Assembly: GCA_965219415.1 (NCBI GenBank)
Contig: CBDCNP010000002.1
Coordinates: 3,264,001 to 3,328,000 of the forward strand
Direction of reading: 5' to 3'
DNA: 64,000 nucleotides
Origin: Candidatus Marinacidobacterales bacterium
GTDB taxonomy: Bacteria; Acidobacteriota; Vicinamibacteria; Marinacidobacterales; DATDRI01
The translations under genes were made by a program, and so were the position numbers. Of the stretch, positions 55,455-64,000 are shown piece by piece. The notes under the pieces were generated by a model. That model worked only from the letters and a program-made list of their open reading frames with translations, searched no databases and was not told the DNA's origin. Each line of letters begins with the position of its first letter. Position 1 is the first letter of the stretch.

Positions 55455-57849
55455 TCATCGCCATCTCTCGTATTGTTGCCGCATCGTCGGGAGCGCTCGT
55501 TGAAATCGCGCATCGATCTGTTGGTACAGGGCAATCAACCGCCGCTCCTTTTCTAGACGGCTCAACTCCGGCGATGCTCGGATGCGATCTCCGTTACAGC
55601 GTGCGTTGGCCGCCGCGCCTCGGATGCGGTTGATGGAAGCCCTGATCCGCCGGGAGGGATGTTGTCCGGAAACGGTGTTCGCGAAGGCGTTGAACCAATT
55701 CGAGATCTCGTAGAACTCGTTGCTGTATCGGGTAAACGTTCGTAGCGAAGGCGGCTGAAGGCTGGTGAAGCCAGTGATCAGGCCGGCCGTGCGGGGAAAC
55801 GGTTTCGGCCCATTCTGTTGTGTATTCCACATCAGCTCGTCGAGACCAGTGATGACCACATTACCGAGATGGCCTGTCCAGCTGCGGACGAACGTCTGTA
55901 TGTGAAGCGGGGATATCCCGAACGACCGGCCGACGAGGCGGTAGGGTTCCGGCGTGGACCGCGGAAAGAATTGCTGCTCGGGCAGCCAGCTCTGCATATA
56001 CGCGGGAATGATCTCGTCACCGAAAAAGTTCCGATTCGTCCGGACCTCGACAACTGGCTGCGCGACAGCCGGAATCCAGCCGATTGCCAAGTTGCCGTGA
56101 ATCAGCGACCAGACGAATCTCCAGCCGGCCAGCGAGTTGACACCGGTGGCGAGATCAAGGGCCACCTCAGGAACTTTCATGAACATGGCACCGATCTGGA
56201 ACGGCGTGGGGATGCGGATGTCACTGTCGCCGGCCACGTCGTAGAGGGTGAGCCAGGATGCCTTGTCGTATTGTGTCTCCGCCTGATAGGCAGCGAGCCG
56301 GGCGTCGTCAGACGTGTTGTGGAGCCAGACAGCCCACGTCATGACGCTGAGGCAGAGCCCGGCCAGCAGTGTCTTGTGCGCGTGCCGCGTCCGTTCGTCG
56401 TCCCACCAGGAGTCACTTCGGTGGAGCCGTGCTCGCGGCCGAACGATCTCGTAGAGCTGGTCGAAGCCCTGGATAGCCGCGTTCATGAACGGGACTGTGT
56501 GCACGTACATGCGTCACGCTCGTGAGGCACCGATGTTGGCGAAGTCCGCCGAGATCATCCGCGCCGATCGCGCGGCCGCGTAGTTGGTCGCGCCACGCGC
56601 GCGGGCCTTCTGGAACTGGTTGACGCGCCTGCCAGCCTCCCCAATCCACGCGGGGCGTGTCAGCAGGTAGACGAGTCTCGAGCCCCACCGCCGGACCTTG
56701 GCCGCAGTGACGGTCGTCTGGTCTTCGATATGTGTCTCGGATTCGACCAGTGCGGAGAAGAACCCGCCCTGCAGGACGTACTCGCGCATCACCTCGGAGC
56801 GGTCGGTCGCGAGGTCCTGGATGGCGTGCACGCTAACCGGCAAGCGTGGAAAAGAACGGGATCTGCCAGTAACGCCCGGCCACGAAACCCGACAGGGTGT
56901 CGCGAAAGAAGTTCTTGATAATGAACATTGGCATCGTGGTGATCATCGCGGACACGGCCGTCTTGAAGGTGGAGAGCCAGCGGATCACCGACGGCATCGG
57001 TTCTTCGTCCAAGCTCTGAAGCATCGCCGCAAGCGCATCGTCGTGAATGGCGAACCGTGTGCGTCTGTGCTGCACAATGGCCGCTATCGTGTATTGATCG
57101 CGCGAGGGCCGTCCCATCACCATGGTGGCAAAGGTTTGGCCCTCTCGATGCTGGACAACGGTTTCCAGGAGTTCCGCTTGCGCGCGCGCGACAAGCGCGT
57201 TGTAGATGTTCCGTGCGAACATGCCGCGCAGAGCAGAGGTCAGATCGTCGGTGGATGCGGCGGCAACAACGTTGGACAGTAGTGATCCAGCGGCTCGGTT
57301 GGAGGTGCGACGTAGCGGCGTGACCAACGGTATCGCACCAGCCCTGTAGCGCTTGGCCTCGACCGGCGTAAGGTACCGCATCTGCACGTAGTAGCGGAGC
57401 ATCGCACGATGGAGGGCAATGATTCCGGCAGCGAACGACTTGATGTCGGGATGCTGTTCCGCATACCGCTGGAGCGCCGCGCTGTCAGTCGGAACGGGAG
57501 CGCTTGTACCGCTGCCGTGCGATTCGGCTCCGCCTCCTCCGTGCCGCGCAGCGCTCAGCGCGTACCAGATCGCGAGGAACAGGTGGTTGCGTCCCTTGGC
57601 CGCCACGGGCGTGACGAGATCGCGAAGACTGTACGGAATGTCCCGGCGCGGAACTCGGCCGGTCCCATCGGCAGATTCTTCGAAAGCGCCGTAGCGCCAG
57701 ACGTACTCGGCCAGGGACTTTGCGTGGTTGATGTGTTCGAAGCGCTCACCGACCGCGTCGTTGCCGAGCCGCTCGCCGATCGTCTGCGCCGCATGCCAGC
57801 GATGGACGAACTTCGTGCGAGCGGTTCGCAGTTGTTCTTGCGTGAGCAT
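55455..57849 (-). pseudogene. Large polyvalent protein C-terminal region with LPD38-like domain (frameshifts near 56835 and 56515)
   Basis: PMFIIKNFFRD, SADFANIG, VPFMNAAIQG, YQ..DK..W..IRIPTPFQIG, NRNFFGDEIIP. Confidence 0.65.
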
Positions 57850-58510
57850 TGGAGCTTTCTCGCGTCCGGCGTCGGCCGGTGTACGTTCCCTCCAAGGGCT
57901 GGTGTCTGTCGCTGGAGAATACCCTCCATACTACAGTCGCGCGCGTGACTCTAGCACGAGCGACTGCCAACTCAGGAAAGTACGCGGGTGCGCATTCTTG
58001 GAGACGTTTGCGAGCGATATCAGGGAGGACTCGAACCGCGTCGTCACGGCTCGTATCGCCAGGTCAGCGACCGAGACGAGCAGATCAAGCACACACGGAA
58101 GTCAGCGAAGGCCTTCTCTTGGGCTTCGACCACTTCTCACAACGGATCCGAACCGACCAATCGAGCAGGTAATAGGAATTATCGGCCGAAAGCCGTGACC
58201 AACCCTCAGCCTCTTGTATCCTCATAGCTGGCTGCTGGCTCCAAGCCAAGAGCTGCCACCTCGGCGAGTCGCGTCTCCTGTTCCGACGTACGAACGAAGC
58301 GCGCAGATGTCAGAATCTCGGCCACATTACGTGGCTGCAATGGAAGTCTCACCAGACGCACCGGCGTCAATGGCACCCCTGAAAGTGGCGGGGCCACGAT
58401 CTATCGGTGACGATGACATGGAAGATCGTTCCGGGCCGAACCTTCACCGATCCGCGGTCGCTGGTGAAGAGGAGGTCTGGACGGTCAGCCGTTCATCCAT
58501 CAGGTGGCTG

Positions 58511-59063
58511 TCATGACTGCTCCTCCGCAGACCGCTGCTGTGCCTCGTCGGTCAATGTGATCGACTCGCCAGGCATGAGCGGGAGGTCGATGGTAGTCTC
58601 AATGCCATCGGCATCGGTAACGATGAGACTGTCCGGCCCGTATTCGTCGGCGGGGACGAAGGCAGTCACCTTGAGATGCTGATCGCCAAACAGCGTGGTC
58701 CGGTACACCACGTCGGAGCCGACCAGCGGCACGTCGTACTCGCCGAGCCGCGCGTTCGCAAAGGGCACGGGCACCTCCGGGGGATACGCGGTATCGACTG
58801 CCTCCTGTTGCGCTGGCCTCCCCACCAGCCACGCCGCCCCCAACAACCCCACGAACACCGCCAACGCCAACACCGGCATTGGCGATATCGCCCCCGGCGG
58901 CAGCACCCCCGCATGCTCCAACAGACGTACCAACGCCATGCCAGGCAGTAGCACCAACAACATCGCCACCGGGACCGTAAACGTGATCCTCACCAGCACC
59001 AAATCCATCGTCCACTTCATCCACTTCATCGACCACACGTAGGTCCGCTTCGCCATCGTCTGC
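58511..59063 (-). CDS. Hypothetical 2-TM membrane protein
   Basis: Two hydrophobic segments followed by a soluble acidic domain. Confidence 0.45.
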
Positions 59064-59845
59064 ATCGTCCCCCGAGAATGCCGCAAGGAGCGCAGGCGTG
59101 CGCCCGCCCGCGTCGCCAACACCCCCGGCACCAGTACCGGGGTTCCACTGGCGACGTGCAGTAGGGGACACGCCGCCGTCCCTTCCAACGCCTCACCCTG
59201 AGCGCGACGGTTCGCCCATTGCTGCATGTCGGCAGCGACGCGCCGCCCTTCGGCCGTGTCCGAGCGTGTCAGCGCCTCTCTGACGCCGCCTTCCATGCCT
59301 CTTTTGTGGTCGTTCCCGTCGTGTCCAACAACACAAACGGACTCGAGACGCGCGCGCCAAGCCGTCGCCGAACTCATCCATCATTATCATAGAGAGCGCA
59401 AACATCAAGGACTTGGGAACGCGTTGATCGCAGCCGAAGAATGCGTCGGCAGTCCTCACGGTAACGTGCCGATGTTGTACGCGATGGGGCGGCTTGCTCA
59501 TTTATTCCACCGCGCCGCCGCATAGGAGTTCGGGCGCGCCAAGCTGGACGGAACGGATGCTCCGGAGGAGAGTTCTGCTCGGGCTCGCCTATCGAAGACC
59601 CCGTCCTGTGCCAAAACTCGGCCCTTTTGAAATAGAGCATCAATCAGCAGCTTAGTGTCTGTGTTTGCGGCCGTGCCAAGGGCCGAGCGCGAACAAACGA
59701 CGAAATCATGCAGGCATGGTCCCGGCAGACCGGAGACCAATCAAGTTTGGGGCGCGCGGATGAATAAATAGAAGGCACAACTCAGTTGGGCGCGCAACTC
59801 GGTCTCTTCCGCACCTGTCCCACTGCCCGCAGCCGCGTAGCAACA

Positions 59846-61290
59846 TATCTGGACTCCTCTAGTCAAGCCCCTTTCTTTCTAGTCACGCCCCTTTCTTAAT
59901 AAATCTTCCATCGAAGCTGCGCATCCATCGCGTCGTGACGAGTGGGTCAGACTGCAAACGTATCTTCGGCCTCAGTGAGGAGCGTCTTGGGTGCTCCGGG
60001 CCATGATGGAAAATCCGCGCGCGAGGAGCCAATCACTTTGAACGACCTCTTAGGGCCAGTGTTGCTATTGGCTTGACCCCGCGCCGGTCCGACCGGTACG
60101 CCATCAGTTGGATGGGTATCGTCGCAGCCTCTTTTGGAAGGGAAAAAGGAAAACACGAAAGTGGAGCCTCTAAATCTAAGCGGCCACCGGCGACTGGAAT
60201 TCACTCTCGCGGGTGGAGACGGCCCAGACGATCCGGGCGAGTTTGTTGGCGACAGCAATCACGGCCTTGTTGTGTCCCCGCGAGCGGTGGACCTTCCGAG
60301 CCCAGGCGCGGAGCTTGTCGGGCGGGCTCTTGCTGACGTTCGCCGCGCGGAGCACGGCGCGCCCGCCCTGGGTGAGGAGCATACGGAGGTAGGAGTCGCC
60401 ACGCTTGGTGATGCGTCCGAGGCGGCGAATGTCGCCACTGGAGTTTTCCTTGGGAACTAGGCCGAGGTAGCTCGAGAAGCGGCGCCCCGATGGGAAGCGG
60501 CGAAGATCGCCGACGAAGCCCACGATGGCGGTCGCGGCCAGAAGTCCGATGCCGGGAATGGCGAGAAGTCGTTGGACTTCAGGAAGCTGCTTGGTGAGCG
60601 CCTTGAGCTCGTGCTCGATGCTAGCGCACTTGTCCTTGAGTTCTCGAATCTCGGAGCAGGCATCACGGAGATGCGAACGGAGCACGTCGGGCAAATCAGA
60701 ATCAGCGTCTTCGACGAGTTCGAAGAGGGCGGGCACGACGAAGTGAGCGCCCTTTGGGATGATGAATCCGAGTTCGCGCAGGAGCCCGCGTACGGCATTG
60801 ATGCGTGCGGTCCGTGTGGAGAGCCATCCTGAGCGCAGGCGATGGAGCGCAGCGAGGGTGTGCTGGTGCACGGACTTGATGGGTACGGGAAGAAGCTCCT
60901 CGTTCCTGTAGGCCTCGAGCAACGCCTTCGTGTCGGCGCGGTCGTTCTTGCTCCCGCGTCGATACGGCCTCACGAGGTGAGGTGGGAGCAGGACGACGTC
61001 GTGTCCCAACCTTCGGAACGTCCTTGCCCAGAAGTGAGCCGAGCCGCAGGCTTCGAGAAGCACGGTGGCAGCGCTCTGTTTGGCAAAGAACGACACCAAT
61101 TTGGGTCGACTCACACGGAGTTGCTTGGACACCTTCCCCGCTTCTCCCGAGATGGCAATCTCGAAGACGTTCTTTGCAAGATCCACAGCGATTGTCGTAT
61201 CTTTCATTCGGACTCCTCCTTTTCGATGCGTATTCGACTGACTTTGGCACATCGATGCCGTCTATGTCAGTGGAGGAGTCCATTCCATCA
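59846..61290 (-). mobile_element. IS1111-type element copy 3
   Basis: Same ends and same IS1-TIR target as copies 1 and 2. Confidence 0.92.
60176..61207 (-). CDS. IS110-family recombinase copy 3
   Basis: Protein identical to copy 1. Confidence 0.95.
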   Translation of the reverse strand: MKDTTIAVDLAKNVFEIAISGEAGKVSKQLRVSRPKLVSFFAKQSAATVLLEACGSAHFWARTFRRLGHDVVLLPPHLVRPYRRGSKNDRADTKALLEAYRNEELLPVPIKSVHQHTLAALHRLRSGWLSTRTARINAVRGLLRELGFIIPKGAHFVVPALFELVEDADSDLPDVLRSHLRDACSEIRELKDKCASIEHELKALTKQLPEVQRLLAIPGIGLLAATAIVGFVGDLRRFPSGRRFSSYLGLVPKENSSGDIRRLGRITKRGDSYLRMLLTQGGRAVLRAANVSKSPPDKLRAWARKVHRSRGHNKAVIAVANKLARIVWAVSTRESEFQSPVAA

Positions 61291-61308
61291 CTTGATGGCG
61301 GAAGCACC

Positions 61309-61673
61309 GGAGCGACAATCAGAAGATCGTGTAGATGAACGGCGCCTCGGTCAGTTTCGTCGAGGTCATGAGCGCTGTGATCACCGCCAGTTGAGATTGG
61401 TGTCGTTTGAAAAAGGTTTCTTGCCCCACGCTGGATCTTGGTCCACGGAACCGTATCTTTGGCAAAGGCTGCGTTCCAGAGCGACAGATGGGTGCCGACC
61501 CATAACTCAAGGCCAATCCATGCGAACATCGCCAAGAGTGGGATGATGATGACGGGCTGTAAGAACAGCTTGAGGACGCCGCAGAGGCCCGATCTCTGCT
61601 TCGGTTGGAACAGCAGCCAAAGCGTAGCGACGCCTAACCAGAGAAGGACCGCGATCTCACGGTTGTTGAGCAT
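61309..61673 (-). pseudogene. Membrane protein 5' fragment
   Basis: MLNNREIAVLLW..KDTVPW; cut at the IS1 end. Confidence 0.5.
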
Positions 61674-62247
61674 TGGAGAAACACCGCCGCTGTTCTGATT
61701 GCGTCTGGACCGCGCTCGAGAACTCGGGAGCTATAATCGGTGAGCGCTCTTCCTCCCGGCTTCGCTGGCAGCGATGCAGACGGTTGTCCTCTATGAAGTT
61801 TCAATTTTCTCTTAAGCGGGGGGCCTTATCCTCCATCGCTACCCTCCCCGCTATCCAGCAGGCCGAGGCTGTAGCCCAACCGGTAGTTTTGCCCCGTCTC
61901 GGACGACCCGAAGCCGACCCGCGGTGTTCCGACGAAGCGGTGTCCGACCAGCCATCCCGTAACCGAGGTCTGCGAGGACGCCCGCCGGATGCTTGGCTGC
62001 TGCGGGCTGTCAGCCCGGTCATCGTCTCCCGGCCCCACAGCGCCCCCTGTGGCTTGCCCGCCCCACGAAGGCGCCACACCCCCGTGCCGTAAAGCTCAGC
62101 GGCGTCGAGGGTGTCGGGTCGAAGCCCGACACGCCCCGGTCCCGGAAGCCTTCGGCCTCGTGCACTAGCAGCATCCGCACCCGCACGTCCGCTGACAGGC
62201 CCAGCGAAGGGTCCGACACTACCAGACCGCTGCCGAGCCCTCGGTGC

Positions 62248-62446
62248 GCTCGACCGGCGTAGCGTGGAAACAGCTTCAGGAACACGCTTCGATATTCACT
62301 CTCGACTAGGTGGTCATCTGCATGGTGACGACCCGCCCGCCCAAGACGATTGTAAAGCCCACGGCCCTTGGCCCGGTCGCAAACACAGACACTAAGTTGC
62401 TGATTTATGGCCTATTTCAAAAGGGCCGAGTTTTGGCACAGGACGG
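62248..62446 (+). repeat. About 195-bp IS-end repeat (also 48910-49102; partial copies at 41061 and 59600)
   Basis: Near-identical blocks ending GGGCCGAGTTTTGGCACAGGACGGG. Confidence 0.75.
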
Positions 62447-62788
62447 GAGCGGGAAGGTGGCTTCGCCTCTTTCCTTTACCGCCCGCTTCCTACGCCAGCG
62501 CCCCTTGTTGCAACACCGTGAGGTCAAAATACTCATGCGGCTTCCCGTTGGAAAGGTGCAAACTGCTGACCCGATGGGCGTTCGAATATTTTGACCAGAC
62601 GGCTAGTTGTCAAGACCTTAATCTAGGAAATTCCGATTTCTAAAGGGCCGAGTTTTGGCACAGGACGGGGTAGTAAGTTGGGCGCACGAACGAATTCATG
62701 CACCAACGCCGATAATTTCGGGTGGGAATCGATATTCGTGGTAACTCAGCAAGTTGGGTCGCATCGGTCCATTGTGTCGATCACCTTC

Positions 62789-63636
62789 TCAATTTGACTT
62801 ACCCTTCGGCGCCAAGATCGGTTCGGGTAAGCCCTCGACGATGCGCGTTGATTCCACGCTGACATGGACGATGCGGCGGATCATCGCGATCAGCTCGCGT
62901 GGATCGTCGAACCAAGCATTGGGATCGTTGACGATGCCACTTTCCTTGTCTCGCGTGATTCGGTAGCGGTCGATGAGCCACTCTAGCGGTGTCCGCCCGT
63001 TGACCTGGTACTGGTGCACCCCTAGCGGTATCCCGCCGAGTCGGAGATGGTCGTTGACGATAAGGATCGTCCTGTCGTTATCGGAATATCGCATCGCCCG
63101 CTCACCGACTCGGAATTGCTCCGGTCGCGGTTCTCCGAGTTGTGTGAAGGTAACGTCTAGCGGATATTCCTGGCAGGTCTCATAGCTGAGATGAAGTTCT
63201 GCAAGCTCACGCCCAGCTCTCGCAAAGGCATGGAAATCGTGTGCGAGCGGGAGGCGCGGCAGCTCCTTCGCTAGGTCGTTGGCGAAGTGCTCCCGGTAGC
63301 TGGGCGCATGCAGAACGCCGTAGACGTAATCGAAAATCACATCCTTGGTGATTGAGTTGTCGCTGTAGCGTACGCGGAAAGCGCGCAACGCCGTGTCCGT
63401 GATGTTGTCGATACGCTCCAATTCCTGTCCGACGCCCGGAAGGGTGCCCTGCGCATCCGTCGGTTGCTGATACCTGTAGCGCGGGAAGCATTGTCCGTTG
63501 AACATCAGTTGGATATCCGGCATCAAATCGACCACGAGGGCGGAGAACGGCTTGGTCGAGCCGATGCCCGGGACGCAGATCGCCCGGTTTTCGATCGCGC
63601 TGTTCGGGAAAATCCGGTCAAGTTGATGTTTTCGAT
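62789..63636 (-). pseudogene. Type ISP restriction-modification enzyme C-terminal (target-recognition) part, cut by IS6
   Basis: QCFPRYRY, ITKDVIFDYVYGVLH..YR..FANDLAKELPRLP, YQVNGRTPLEWLIDRY..KESGIVNDPN. Confidence 0.85.
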
Positions 63637-64000
63637 GGTATTGTCAAATTGAGCTGGTGACTGACAGAATGGTCCAATGAAGACCGATGCGCCAAGCTAC
63701 CACGGCTATCGATTTCCACCGGAAATCATCAGCCACGCCGTCTGGCTCTACCACCGATTCTGCGTGAGCTTTCGAAACGTCGAAGAGTTGCTCGCTCAGC
63801 GAGGCATCACGGTTTCTTACGAAGCGGTCCGACTGTGGTGCATTAAGTTCGGGCCGGAATACGCTCGGCGACTGAAGCGTCGGCAGGGTCGTCTCGGTGA
63901 CACATGGCACCTGGACGAGGTCTTCATAAAGATACAAGGTGAACGCCAATACCTCTGGCGCGCGGTAGACCAAGATGGTGATGTAATCGATATCCTCGTC
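63637..64000 (+). mobile_element. IS6-family element, left part (transposase from 63677, runs off window)
   Basis: IRL GGTATTGTCAA; YHGYRFPPEIISHAVWLYHRF..SFRNVEELLAQRG..WHLDEVF..YLWRAVDQDG. Confidence 0.9.

Noticed and set aside
1-64000. tRNA and rRNA genes
   Set aside because: None recognised by eye

Overview
GC-rich bacterial DNA, probably Acidobacteriota (inferred from several ADOP-type duplicated orphan permeases). The window has two very different halves. 1-30.2 kb is ordinary chromosome: tandem LVIVD-type secreted proteins, hydrolases/peptidases, ADOP permeases, a MacAB-like efflux operon, a TPR histidine kinase and an HNH/DUF222-like gene. Many genes carry single-base frameshifts in homopolymers, probably long-read errors. 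From 30,199 to the end the sequence is a mosaic of gene fragments cut at transposon ends: IS1, a 165-bp IS1-derived MITE (6 full copies), rve-integrase IS ends and a 150-bp MITE, IS3, IS6 and IS256. The passengers include a truncated unknown-group reverse transcriptase, a type ISP R-M fragment, an LPD38 polyvalent protein and an EPEA-repeat protein. The best-supported discovery is three apparently identical IS1111-type (IS110 family) elements. All three sit at the same CA dinucleotide inside the right terminal repeat of the resident IS1. Their 3' non-coding end holds two internal loops matching the IS1-end target (TAGCAACACT) and the element's own circle junction (TTCCATCAT). This reads as a bridge/seek RNA programmed to parasitise another transposon. 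All calls are by eye; no searches were run.
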